A DNA stretch of 61,635 bases from the NCBI GenBank assembly GCA_003576805.1, contig QEVM01000004.1, positions 1-61,635 of the forward strand. Reading direction: 5' to 3'. Numbering within the stretch: position 1 is the first letter of the stretch; each line of letters opens with the position of its first letter. A program made the position numbers and the translations under genes. The notes beneath the pieces were generated by a model. It saw only the letters and a list, made by a program, of their open reading frames with translations. It made no database searches and had not been told where the DNA came from. Positions 1 through 10,000 of this stretch are shown one piece after another. This stretch comes from Pseudomonadota bacterium. Its GTDB lineage: Bacteria; Myxococcota_A; UBA9160; PR03.

Positions 1-94
1 GGCGCGCTGACGCCCGGCGCGCTCGAAGCGGCCGCCTCCGCGCGAGCGGGGGCGGCCGCGGCTAGGCTCGCCGCCGGAACGAGAGGACGAGTCG

Positions 95-1171
95 ATGCCC
101 GAGCGCTCCTTCGAGACGACCGCCGCCTTCCGCGAGCTGATGGATCTCGTGCGCAATGCCGACGCGGCGTTCCTCGACGGGCCGCGCGCGGTGGACGACG
201 TCTCGGTGCTCGAGGGCTACCGCATGCTCACCGAGATCCTGCACGTCGCGCTCGACTGCTACCTGTGGGCCGACGCCGCGCGCCCGACGCTCGTGCCGAT
301 CGTCGGGCCCACCAAGAAGTTCGGCGGCGACAACGCCGACGCCTACTACCACTTCGCGCCGATGGATCCGCGCCGCTCGTACCGCATCCGCGCGCGGCGC
401 GGCGACGCCGCGTACCTCTCGCTGACGGTCTACGGCGGGCCCGACGACGGGCGCTGGTCGAACCGCATCGTGTGCACGCTGAGCGACCGCGACCTGGCGA
501 TCGCGCCCGACGGCAGCTTCGAGGTGCTCGTCTCCGCGCAGCCGCAGCCGGGCCACTGGATGCGGCTCGAGGACGACGCGGTGGCGCTCGTGACGCGCGA
601 CTACCTCGTCGATCCGAAGAACGGCCGGCAGGCGACGTGGTCGATCGAGTGCCTCGACTCCGCGCCGCCGCCGCGCCTCTCCGACGCCGACCTCGCGCGC
701 CGCTTCCGCAACGCGGCCACTTTTCTGCGCGACCTGCTCGCGATCACGCCGCTGCCCTTCGATCCGGCCAAGTGGAACACGATCGACGAGCCGTATCCCG
801 TGCCGCAGCGCACATACGGCTGGGCGGCGGGCGACGCCGCCTACGCGATGGGCGCCTTCCAGCTCGCCGACGACGAGGTGCTCGTGCTCGAAGGCGCGTC
901 GCCGCCGTGCGCGTTCTGGAATCTGTGTCTGTGGAACCCGTTCCTGCAGACCTACGACTACCGCTACGAGCAGGTCACGATCAACGGCGGGCAGGTGCGC
1001 TACGAGCCCGACGGCTCGTGGCGCATCGCGATCGCAGCGCGCGATCCGGGCCTGCCGAACTGGGTGTCGACCGCGGGCCACGCGCGCGGGCGGATCTGGT
1101 TCCGCTGGTTCCTGCCCGAGTCGCTGCCGGCGCGGCCGCGCGCGCGCGTCGAGAAGATCGCGCGCGGCTGA
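95..1171 (+). CDS. DUF1214-family protein
   Basis: 358-aa ORF of normal composition with a GAGAGGA RBS before the ATG. Motifs (YYHF, LTVYGG, FWNLCLWN, NWVST) are typical of DUF1214-containing proteins. No signal peptide is seen. Confidence 0.8.
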   Translation: MPERSFETTAAFRELMDLVRNADAAFLDGPRAVDDVSVLEGYRMLTEILHVALDCYLWADAARPTLVPIVGPTKKFGGDNADAYYHFAPMDPRRSYRIRARRGDAAYLSLTVYGGPDDGRWSNRIVCTLSDRDLAIAPDGSFEVLVSAQPQPGHWMRLEDDAVALVTRDYLVDPKNGRQATWSIECLDSAPPPRLSDADLARRFRNAATFLRDLLAITPLPFDPAKWNTIDEPYPVPQRTYGWAAGDAAYAMGAFQLADDEVLVLEGASPPCAFWNLCLWNPFLQTYDYRYEQVTINGGQVRYEPDGSWRIAIAARDPGLPNWVSTAGHARGRIWFRWFLPESLPARPRARVEKIARG

Positions 1172-1464
1172 GCGTGCGTCGGCCGCCCCGGCCGCGCGGC
1201 GATCCGACTCAGCGTGTCTCACCGCCGTTGCGCACGGACGCCACACGCACGCGCGCGTGACGGCTCGCCGACGCGCGCTGCTCCGCGGTCCGGTCGAGCG
1301 CAACGCAACGCGTGCGTCGAGTGACGATTCGTCGAACGCTCGTCTCGTCCGATTTCGATGTGACGTCAGCTCGGCGTTGTGTACGTCGGTCACGCTGACT
1401 CGGAGTCGCCGTGCACGCACGTCACACGTGCGCCGCGCGACGTGCGTCCGCTCCAACAAATGGC

Positions 1465-1848
1465 ATGGCGACTGCAGATACCCGCCGCCGTACTCGGCGC
1501 GCAGCGGTGGTGAGCCAGGGGGCCGCAGGCCGCGACGCGCTGACCGGCACGACGGAGAGACGAGCGTTGGACAACAACAGGGGATTCGCTGCGTACGTGG
1601 TTCTCGTGGTCGGTGGAGCGAGCGTGCTGCTCGCGACGTTGGTGCTCGCGGGCATCGCGACGTTGCCGCCGCTCGCCACGTTCCTGACGGACGTCGCGCT
1701 CGGTCTCGGCATCCGCGCCGCCTACAAGCAGGTCGGCGGCTGGGACTGGAACGAGTGGACGTGGAGCTTCGCGGGCGACGCGCCGCAGGCGGCTGCCGCG
1801 GCGGTCGAGCTGCCCGAGCCCGCCGAGGACTTCGCGCGCGCGGCCTAG
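1465..1848 (+). CDS. hypothetical small membrane protein
   Basis: Internal ATG of ORF 1411..1848. Hydrophobic stretch FAAYVVLVVGGASVLLATLVLAGIATLPPLATFLTDVALGLGI followed by a Trp-rich tail. No family recognised and the start is uncertain. Confidence 0.4.
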   Translation: MATADTRRRTRRAAVVSQGAAGRDALTGTTERRALDNNRGFAAYVVLVVGGASVLLATLVLAGIATLPPLATFLTDVALGLGIRAAYKQVGGWDWNEWTWSFAGDAPQAAAAAVELPEPAEDFARAA

Positions 1849-1941
1849 TCGCGACGCTTCGCCAGGCACGCTGGAGCCGCGCGCCGTCTCGCTGGCGGCG
1901 CGCGGCGTGCTTTCGGGCGCCGTCTCAGTGTGGCTGGCGTC

Positions 1942-3255
1942 TCACTCGAGCCGCACGAGCGGCGGAGGAGACGCGCGGCCGGCGCGCGCGTCCGGCGAGG
2001 CGCCGTAGAAGCGCAGTCGGAGCTCGAAGGGCTGGCCGGGCAGCGTCGGCAGCCAGTTCCCCGGCGGCGCATCCGGCGGCGCCGTGGCGGCGACCCAGAG
2101 CGTGAGCGAGCCGTCGTCGCCCGGTGTCGGCGCCGACGCGTCGCCGATCGCGTAACGGCCGAGCGCGTTCGGGATCACGCGGCGCGTGGCGGCGTCGAGC
2201 GCGACCAGCGACCAGAGATCGCTCGCGTGCGCGGCGGGCAGGGCGTCCTTCCGAAACGTCAGCGTGTAGCGGTGCGCGCCGTCGAGCGGCGCGCCGCCGG
2301 CGTCGCGCGTCGCGCGGTAGAGCGCGATCTCGTCCGGGCTCGGCCGGATGCCGGCCAGCGCGCGCGCGCTGCGCGCGCCGAAGTCGGCGCCGTCGGACCC
2401 GCTCGCGCCGGCGCGGCTCCAGCCGTTCGCGACGGGGCCGATCGCGCGCGCGGCCTCGAGGAGCTGCGGGATCGCCTGCGTGCGGATCACGTGCTCGAGC
2501 CGCTCGCGCGGCTTCGGATAGCGCGCCGCGACGCCGACCGCGCGCACCTTCTGCTGCAGCGCCTCCATCCCCGGCGCGACGTCCGGGTCCGACGCGAGCA
2601 GCGGGTCGAAGTCGTCGAAGGCCTCGACGCCCGGCAGCGCGTCGCTCGTGAAGGGCACCGCGCGCGGCGCGGGCGCGATGCGCGGCGCGCCGGTCGCCGC
2701 CAGGCGGAACGCCTGCTGCAAGCGCACCGCCTCGGCCGCATCCGCGCCGCGCTCGATGCGCACGCGCACGCGCGTCTTCGCGCCCGGCACGTCGAGCCGC
2801 CGCACGCCGGCGGGCAGCGCGGCGCTCGCGCCCTTTGCGCAGAGCGCGAAGCGGCCGTGCGGCTCCTTCGGAAACGCGCGCCGGCTCACCAGCGCCACCG
2901 TGTCGCCCCAGCCGTTCACCGCCTGCACGGACCACCAGCGCCCGTCGATGCGCGGCACCTCGAGCGTCGTGCAGCTCTTCGCGTCGACCGCGATCCACGC
3001 GTCGCTCACGACGAGCTCGGGCTCGGGATCGAGCGCCGCGACGTCGTCGGCGGGACGGTGCGCGAGCTCGTTCCAGCGCATGCCCGCGGCCTGCACGTCC
3101 TGTTGCTCCTGCTGCAGCGAGACGAGGCGCGCGACGAGGTACTGGTACGCCTGCACGACGTCGCCATCCGGCGGGACGGCGGGCGCTGCGAACGCGCGCG
3201 GCGCCAGCAGCAGCGCGAGCGCGGCGCACGGGGCCGCGAGAAGCCGGCGAGTCAT
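1942..3255 (-). CDS. secreted DUF1254/DUF1214-family protein
   Basis: The start is moved to the ATG at 3255 (MTRRLLAAPCAALALLLAPRAFA signal peptide), preceded on the minus strand by AAGGAGGGG. The C-terminal GNWLPT..FxLxLRxY motif is typical of DUF1214. Confidence 0.8.
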   Translation of the reverse strand: MTRRLLAAPCAALALLLAPRAFAAPAVPPDGDVVQAYQYLVARLVSLQQEQQDVQAAGMRWNELAHRPADDVAALDPEPELVVSDAWIAVDAKSCTTLEVPRIDGRWWSVQAVNGWGDTVALVSRRAFPKEPHGRFALCAKGASAALPAGVRRLDVPGAKTRVRVRIERGADAAEAVRLQQAFRLAATGAPRIAPAPRAVPFTSDALPGVEAFDDFDPLLASDPDVAPGMEALQQKVRAVGVAARYPKPRERLEHVIRTQAIPQLLEAARAIGPVANGWSRAGASGSDGADFGARSARALAGIRPSPDEIALYRATRDAGGAPLDGAHRYTLTFRKDALPAAHASDLWSLVALDAATRRVIPNALGRYAIGDASAPTPGDDGSLTLWVAATAPPDAPPGNWLPTLPGQPFELRLRFYGASPDARAGRASPPPLVRLE

Positions 3256-3343
3256 GGCATCCCCTCCTTCGGCGATCGGCCTACTATCCGCCGGACGCGC
3301 GCGAATTGCGACGCCGGGGACGAGGCCGACACGAGGAGGAGCG

Positions 3344-4081
3344 ATGGAGATCACGACCGAACGCGTCCAGGTGCCCGTCGGCGACGCCCGCATGCCGGGC
3401 TACGTCGCGCGTCCCGCCGAGGGCGGGCCGCACCCCGCCGTGATCGTCTGGATGGAGATCTTCGGCGTGAACTCCCACATCCGCGACGTCACCGAGCGCA
3501 TCGCGCGCGAAGGCTACGTCGCGCTCGCGCCCAACTTCTTCCACCGCACCGCGCCCGACATCGAGGTCGGCTACGACGAGGCGGGCCGCGCCGCGGGCAT
3601 CGAGCAGATGCAGAAGCTCGACGCCGACCAGATGATCGCCGACGCGCGCGCCGCCGTGGCGTACCTGCGCAGCCGCGCCGACACCACCAAGCAGATCGGC
3701 GTCACCGGCTTCTGCATCGGCGGGCACATGGCCTACCTCACCGCGGCCGAGACCGACGTCGCCGCGGCGGCGCCGTTCTACGGCGGCGGCATCGCCGGCC
3801 CGCAGGGCCCCGGCGGCAAGCCCGCGCCGATCCACCGCACCAACAAGATCCGCGGCCGCGTCGTCGCCTTCTTCGGCGGCAAGGACTCGATGATCCCCGC
3901 GTCGCAGGTGGACGCGATCCGGGGCGCGCTGCGCGAGCACGGCGTGCGCCACGAGGTGGTCGTCTACCCCGACGCCGACCACGGCTTCTTCTGCGACCAG
4001 CGCCCGACCTACCACGCCGCGTCGGCGAAGGACGCGTGGGAGCGCGTCACGAAGCTGTTCGCGGAGGAGCTGCGGAGCTAG
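3344..4081 (+). CDS. dienelactone hydrolase family protein
   Basis: MEITTERVQVP..MPGYVARP..HPAVIVWMEIFGVN, a nucleophile-elbow-like GFCIGG, and a C-terminal DHGF motif. The ATG is at 3344. Confidence 0.9.
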   Translation: MEITTERVQVPVGDARMPGYVARPAEGGPHPAVIVWMEIFGVNSHIRDVTERIAREGYVALAPNFFHRTAPDIEVGYDEAGRAAGIEQMQKLDADQMIADARAAVAYLRSRADTTKQIGVTGFCIGGHMAYLTAAETDVAAAAPFYGGGIAGPQGPGGKPAPIHRTNKIRGRVVAFFGGKDSMIPASQVDAIRGALREHGVRHEVVVYPDADHGFFCDQRPTYHAASAKDAWERVTKLFAEELRS

Positions 4082-5343
4082 TCCTCTGAATCGACGCCGA
4101 ACTGCATCGCGTAGGCGCGCAGCCGCGCGCGGATCGCGCCGGCGTCGAGGCCGAAGTCGGCGAGCCGGTAGTCGACGCGGCCGTGGCGGCCGCGCGGGTG
4201 GGCGGCCTGGTAGCGCTCGAAGCGGCGGCGCACGCCGTCGTGCGCGGGCAGCCCGGCGAACTCGCACACGCGCAGCGCGGCGCCGATCTCGTCGGCCATG
4301 AAGTCGCCGAAGCGCAGGTCGAGGACCTGCGCGGCGGGCACGAGCGCGCGGTCGCGCAGTGAGGCGTCGAGCATCGCCGCGATGCGCTCGCCCCAGAGCC
4401 GGCCGACCGCGAGCGGATCCACGCGCCGGCTCTGCATGCGCAGGCCGTAAGCGAGCATCGTACACATCGACGCGACGACGCGCGCCGGGTCGCGGTGCGT
4501 GTGCACGATGCGCGCGTCGGGGAACACCGCGAGCAGCGGCCCGAGCTGGCCCAGGTGCTGCGGCGACTTCAGCACCCATCGCTTCGGGCCGCGCAGCCAC
4601 TGGAGCGCCTGGAGCACGCGCTGCAGGAAGCGGTACGCGCTGGTTTGGTCTTGCGATCGATACCAGGCGCCGTAGCTCGGCACGTGCGCCGACGCGTCGA
4701 AGAGCATCGTGCGGAAGTCGGCCGCGAGGAGCTGGATCTCCTCGTGTGGCGCGTCGGCGCGCATCTCGTGCAGCGCGGGAAAGAGCGGCATCACCCAGTG
4801 CTGGAGCCGCAGCGCCTGCTCGCAGCGGCGGCGGCGCCGATCGGGCTGCGCGCCGAGCCGCACCGCGCGCGCCGGGATCGGCTCGAGGCTCTCCCAGTAC
4901 GGAAGCGATCGCAGCGACGGGTGCTGCGCGAGCAGCTCGTGGAGGTGCGTCGTGCCGGTGCGCGGCAATCCGAGCACGACGAGCGGCGCCTCGACGCGCT
5001 CGCGCTCGATCTCCGGGTGCTCGCGCAGCAGCGCGGCGAGCCGCAGCCGCGTCGCGAGCAGCCCGAGCAGCAGCTCGCGCGCGAGCAGCCGTCCGACCGG
5101 CGAGAGGTCCGCCTCGCGCGCGAGCGCGTCGCACAGGACGCGCAGCGGCTCCTCGAACGAGGCGTCGCCGAAGTCGCCGGCGCGCTCGCGGCGGCGGGCG
5201 GCCGCGGTCAGCGAGCCCGGATCGAGCGGAAACAGGCGGCGCGCGACCGGGGCGAGCAGCGCGTTCGCGGCGCGCAGCGCGCGCGGCAGGCGCGGCGCGG
5301 CGAGGTCGTCGATGCGGATCGAACGCCCCGCGGTGTCGCGCAT
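4078..5343 (-). CDS. sulfotransferase family protein
   Basis: PAPS-binding 5'-PSB-like motif VVLGLPRTGTTHLHELL and the RDP motif (THRDPARVVAS). The ATG at 5343 is preceded by GGAGAAGGAA. Its stop overlaps the dienelactone hydrolase stop within CTAG. Confidence 0.85.
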   Translation of the reverse strand: MRDTAGRSIRIDDLAAPRLPRALRAANALLAPVARRLFPLDPGSLTAAARRRERAGDFGDASFEEPLRVLCDALAREADLSPVGRLLARELLLGLLATRLRLAALLREHPEIERERVEAPLVVLGLPRTGTTHLHELLAQHPSLRSLPYWESLEPIPARAVRLGAQPDRRRRRCEQALRLQHWVMPLFPALHEMRADAPHEEIQLLAADFRTMLFDASAHVPSYGAWYRSQDQTSAYRFLQRVLQALQWLRGPKRWVLKSPQHLGQLGPLLAVFPDARIVHTHRDPARVVASMCTMLAYGLRMQSRRVDPLAVGRLWGERIAAMLDASLRDRALVPAAQVLDLRFGDFMADEIGAALRVCEFAGLPAHDGVRRRFERYQAAHPRGRHGRVDYRLADFGLDAGAIRARLRAYAMQFGVDSED

Positions 5344-5378
5344 GCTTTCCTTCTCCGCCGCTGCCACCGGGACGTAGG

Positions 5379-6167
5379 ATGGACCCACTCCTCACCGAGG
5401 TGGACGCCGTGCGCACGCTACTCCAGGCATTCCCGCTCGTCGGCGCCGCTTGCGCGGCGTTCGCGCTCGCGCTGCCGGCCGCGCCGATCGCGCAGGCGGC
5501 GGCGCTGCCGTTCACGGGCACGCTCGCCGTCGAGTTCGGCGCGCCCCAGCCGCTCGTCGTGGCGGGCGCCGGCGCCGCGATCGTGAACGGATCGGGAGCG
5601 CCGGGCCCGATCACGAGCCTCGCGATCGGCACCTCGGTGTTCGCTGCGAACGCGCTCACCACGCCCGTCACCGATCCGGCCGCGTTCCCCGTCCAGGGCG
5701 TGCAGCTCACCGTGCACGTCCAGGGCGGAAGCTTCGCGGGCGCCGCTGGAAGCGGCGGCTTCGGTGGCGCGATGCCGCTCTACGGCAACGTGCGGACGTG
5801 CTTGTTCGGCGCGTGCCCGGTCGCGATCTCGAATCTCGTCGTGCCGCTCACGGTGGTGGGCCAGGGAGGCTGGGTCACGCTCATGGGCGCGGTGGGATAC
5901 ACCGTCGCCGGTGCGCCGTGGACGACGGGCACCGCCCTGGCGGGGACGCAGACGCGGATGGGCGGCGTCGCGACGACCGCGAGCGGCATGCAGACGCTGA
6001 CGCTCGTCACGCCGATCGTCGTGCGCACGCCGTTGACCGGTCTGGATCCGACGCTCGGCTTCGGCGTGCTGACGCTGCACCTCGTTCCCGAGCCCGGCAC
6101 GCTGGCGCTGCTCGGCGCGGGCGTCGCGCTGCTCGTCGCGCTCGGCCGCGGCGGCGCACGCGGCTGA
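5379..6167 (+). CDS. exported PEP-CTERM sorting-domain protein, unknown N-terminal domain
   Basis: Signal peptide ...AFALALPAAPIAQA. The alternative GTG start at 5409 with GAGG 9 nt upstream gives a cleaner signal peptide. C-terminus is VPEPGTLALLGAGVALLVALGRGGARG. The mature domain is paralogous to 52889..54067. Confidence 0.8.
   Translation: MDPLLTEVDAVRTLLQAFPLVGAACAAFALALPAAPIAQAAALPFTGTLAVEFGAPQPLVVAGAGAAIVNGSGAPGPITSLAIGTSVFAANALTTPVTDPAAFPVQGVQLTVHVQGGSFAGAAGSGGFGGAMPLYGNVRTCLFGACPVAISNLVVPLTVVGQGGWVTLMGAVGYTVAGAPWTTGTALAGTQTRMGGVATTASGMQTLTLVTPIVVRTPLTGLDPTLGFGVLTLHLVPEPGTLALLGAGVALLVALGRGGARG
6084..6164 (+). other. canonical PEP-CTERM sorting signal (VPEP, then TM helix, then basic tail)
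   Basis: Read directly from the translation of the last 27 codons. Confidence 0.8.
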
Positions 6168-7001
6168 TCACAGCAGCTTCGCGAACTCGTCGAGCACCGG
6201 CAGCACTTCGTCGCGCGGCGCGGACGGCAGCCGCAGCACCGCCTCGGTGACGCCGACCGACGCGTAGTAGTCGAGCTTCTCGCGCGAGGGCAGGATGCCC
6301 ATCGGCACGACGTGCAGCGCGGACGGATCGCGGCCGCGCCGCTCGTACGCCGCGCGCAGATCGACGAGCGCCTCGCGCACGCCGGCGCCGCCGATCGGGA
6401 TCCAGCCGTCGCCGTACTCGGCGATGTGCTCGAACAGCTTCGGGCCCGCGGCGCCGCCGATCAGCACGGGCGGGCGCGGCCGCTGCACGGGCTTCGGCCA
6501 CTGCCAGCTCGGCGCGAAGCGCACGATCTCGCCCTCGAACGACGCGACGTCGTCGGCCCAGAGCGCCTCCATCGCGAGCATCGCCTCGCGCACGTGCGCG
6601 CGGCGGCGGCGCGGATCCACGCCGTGGTGCTCCATCTCGTCCTCGTTCCAGCCGTAGCCGATGCCGACGACGGCGCGGCCGCCCGAGATCCAGTCGAGCG
6701 TCGCGATCTGCTTGGCGAGCGCGATCGGGTCGTGCTGCGCGACGAGCGCGATGCCGGTGCCGAGGCGGATCGCGTTCGTCACCGCCGCAGCGGCGCCGAG
6801 CGCGACCCACGGATCGAGCGTGCGCTTGTACTCCTCGGCGAGCACCGCGTCGCCGGTGGGCGGCGGCGTGCGACGGCTCGTCGGGATGTGCGTGTGCTCG
6901 GGCACGTAGAGCGAGGCGAAGCCGCGCGCTTCCGCCTCGCGTGCGACGTCGGCGGGCGCCATCGCGCGGTCGGTCGCGAAGATCGTGACGCCGATGCGCA
7001 T
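6168..7001 (-). CDS. LLM-class F420-dependent oxidoreductase
   Basis: MRIGVTIFATD...LYVPEHTHIP...GRAVVGIGYGWNEDE is typical of the luciferase-like monooxygenase F420 subgroup. The ATG at 7001 is preceded by GAGGAGG. Confidence 0.9.
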   Translation of the reverse strand: MRIGVTIFATDRAMAPADVAREAEARGFASLYVPEHTHIPTSRRTPPPTGDAVLAEEYKRTLDPWVALGAAAAVTNAIRLGTGIALVAQHDPIALAKQIATLDWISGGRAVVGIGYGWNEDEMEHHGVDPRRRRAHVREAMLAMEALWADDVASFEGEIVRFAPSWQWPKPVQRPRPPVLIGGAAGPKLFEHIAEYGDGWIPIGGAGVREALVDLRAAYERRGRDPSALHVVPMGILPSREKLDYYASVGVTEAVLRLPSAPRDEVLPVLDEFAKLL

Positions 7002-7070
7002 GGGCCTCCTCGGTTCGGCGCGGGACTGAAACACGTTACATTTCCGTTCCCACCTGCGCCGGGAGCGATC

Positions 7071-10000
7071 TTGCCCGTCGACCGCGGCTATCAGCTCGAG
7101 CACCGCTACACGCGCGAGTCCGGCCGCGTGTATCTGACGGGCGTGCAGGCGCTCGTGCGGCTGCCGATGGAGCAGCGCCGCCGCGATCGCGCGGCCGGGC
7201 TGACGACGGCCGGCTTCGTCTCCGGCTACCGCGGCTCGCCGCTTGGCACCTACGACATGGCGCTCTGGAGCGCGCGCGAGCTGCTCGAGCGCCACGACGT
7301 CCGCTTCGAGCCGGGCGTCAACGAGGATCTCGCCGCGACGGCGGTGTGGGGCACGCAGCAGGCGACGCTGCACGCCGGCGCGAAGGTCGATGGCGTGTTC
7401 GGCATCTGGTACGGCAAGGGGCCCGGCGTCGACCGCTCGTGCGACGCGCTCAAGCACGCCAACTACGCCGGCACCGCGCCGCGCGGCGGCGTGCTCGCGC
7501 TGTGCGGCGACGATCCCGCGGCGCGCTCGTCGTCGATCGCGCACCAGAGCGAGCAGGCCTTCGTGCACTGCGCGATCCCGGTGCTGAACCCGTCGAGCGT
7601 GCAGGAGTACCTCGACTTCGGGCTCTACGGCTTCGCGCTCTCGCGCTTCGCGGGCTCGTGGGTCGCGATGAAGTGCCTGACCGACACGGTGGACAGCGCG
7701 CGCTCGGTGGACGTCGGCGCGGATCGCGTGCGCATCGCGACGCCCACGGACTTCGCGCTGCCGCCCGGAGGGCTCTCGATCCGCTGGGCGAACCTGCCCC
7801 TCGAGGTCGAGCGCCGCGTGCACCAGCAGCGGCTGCCGGCCGCGCAAGCGTTCGTGCGCGCGAACGGGCTCGATCGCACGGCGGTGTCAGGAGGAGCGCG
7901 CCCGCGGCTCGGCATCGTCACCGCCGGCAAGGCCTACCTCGACGTGCGTCAGGCGCTCGAGGACCTCGGCCTCGACGAGCGCCGCTGCGCCGAGATCGGG
8001 CTCGCGGTGTACAAGGTCGCGATGGTGTGGCCGCTCGAGCCGGAGGGCGCGCGCCGCTTCTGCGCCGGGCTCGAAGACGTGCTCGTCGTCGAGGAGAAGC
8101 GCTCGCTGCTCGAGGACCAGCTCGCGCGCATCCTCTACGACCTCTCCGACCGGCCGCGCCTGCTCGGCAAACGCGACGAGCGCGGCGCGCCGCTCGTGCC
8201 CGCCGAGGGCGAGCTCGCGCCCGGCGCGGTCGCCGAGATCCTGCGCGCCTGGATCGCGTGCCGCGTGCCGGAGCTGGCGCGCGTGCTGCCGCCGCGGCCG
8301 GAGTCGCTGGCGGGCGCGCCCGCCGCCGGCGGACCGATGCGCCTGCCGAGCTTCTGCTCGGGCTGCCCGCACAACACCTCGACGGTGGTGCCCGACGGCT
8401 CGATCGCGCTCGGCGGCATCGGCTGTCACGGCATGGCGGTGTGGATGCCCGAGCGGCGCACGCTCGCCGTCACGCAGATGGGCGGCGAGGGCGCCAACTG
8501 GATCGGCCAGGCGCCCTACGTCGACACGCCGCACGTCTTCCAGAACGTCGGCGACGGCACGTACTTCCACTCCGCGCTGCTCGCGATCCGCGCCGCCTGC
8601 GCCGCGAACGTGAACATCACGTACAAGGTGCTCGTGAACGGCGCGGTCGCGATGACCGGCGGCCAGCCGATCGAGGGCGAGCCGATCCTCGACGGCGCCG
8701 TCACCGTGCCCGAGGTCGCGCGCCAGCTCGAAGCGGAAGGCGTGCGCGCGATCGCCGTCGTCTCGGACGCGCCGGACAAGTACGGCGCGGGCGCGCGCTT
8801 TCCGGCCGGCGTCACGTTCCACCACCGCGACGAGCTCGACCGCGTCCAGAAGCGCCTGCGCGAGACGCCGGGCGTGACGGCGATCGTCTACGACCAGAGC
8901 TGCGCCGCCGAGGCGCGCCGCCTGCGCAAGCAGGGAACGCTCGCCGACCCCGACGCGCGCGTCGTCATCAACGAGCTGGTCTGCGAGGGCTGCGGCGACT
9001 GCTCGGTGCAGAGCAACTGCATCTCGATCGCGCCGGTCGAGACGGAGTTCGGGCGCAAGCGCCGCATCGACCAGTCCTCGTGCAACAAGGACTACTCGTG
9101 CCTCAAGGGCTACTGCCCGAGCTTCGTCACCGTGCACGGCGGCCAGCTCCGCACCGCAGGGCGCGGAGCGCCTGGCCCTCCGGATCGACGGACGGGCGGC
9201 GACGCGGTGCAGCTCGACGATTCGCTGTTCGCGTCGCTGCCGGAGCCCGCGGTCGCCGACCTCGCGCAGCCGTGGAACGTGCTCGTCACCGGCATCGGCG
9301 GAAGCGGCGTCGTCACGGTCGGCGCGCTCGTCGGGATGGCGGCGCACCTCGAAGGCAAGGGCGTCTCGACGCTCGACGTGACCGGCCTCGCGCAGAAGAA
9401 CGGCCCGGTGACGAGCCACGTGCGCGTCGCGGCGCGGCCCGACGACCTCTTCGCGACGCGCATCGCGGCGGGCGGCGCCGACCTCGTGATCGGCGCCGAC
9501 GTCGTCGTGACGGCCGGCGCGGAGTCGCTGCTGCGGATCGGCAAAGGCCGCACGCACGCCGTCGTGAACCGCCACGTCGCGCCGACCGCCGACTTCGCGA
9601 CGAACCCCGACCTCGACCTCTCGTCCGCGCGCATGGAGCAAGCGATCCGCGCCGCCGCCGGCGACGAGGGCTGCCACTTCTTCGACGCCACCGCGCTCGC
9701 GACGGCGCTGCTCGGCGACGCGCTCGGGACCAATCTCTTCCTGCTCGGGTACGCGGCGCAGAGGGGACTCCTGCCGGTGTCGCTCGCCGCGCTCGAGCGC
9801 GCGATCGAGCTGAACGGGCGCGCGGTCGCCATGAACCGGCGGGCGCTCGCGTGGGGGCGCCTCGCCGCGCACGACCTCGCCGCGGTGGAGCGCGCCGCGC
9901 AGCCGGCGCTGCGCGGCGCCGCGCGAGCGGAGGCGCCCACGCTGGACGAGCTCGTCGCGCGCCGCGCCGAGTTCCTCACCGCCTACCAGAACGCGGCGTG

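Noticed and set aside
1200-1460. A cluster of CGTGAC/GTCACG hexamers and a perfect TGACGTCA palindrome (1361..1368) upstream of the small membrane ORF, considered as a regulator binding array.
   Set aside because: Such GC-rich hexamers are frequent by chance at this composition, and there is no consistent spacing or adjacent regulator. This is too weak to call.
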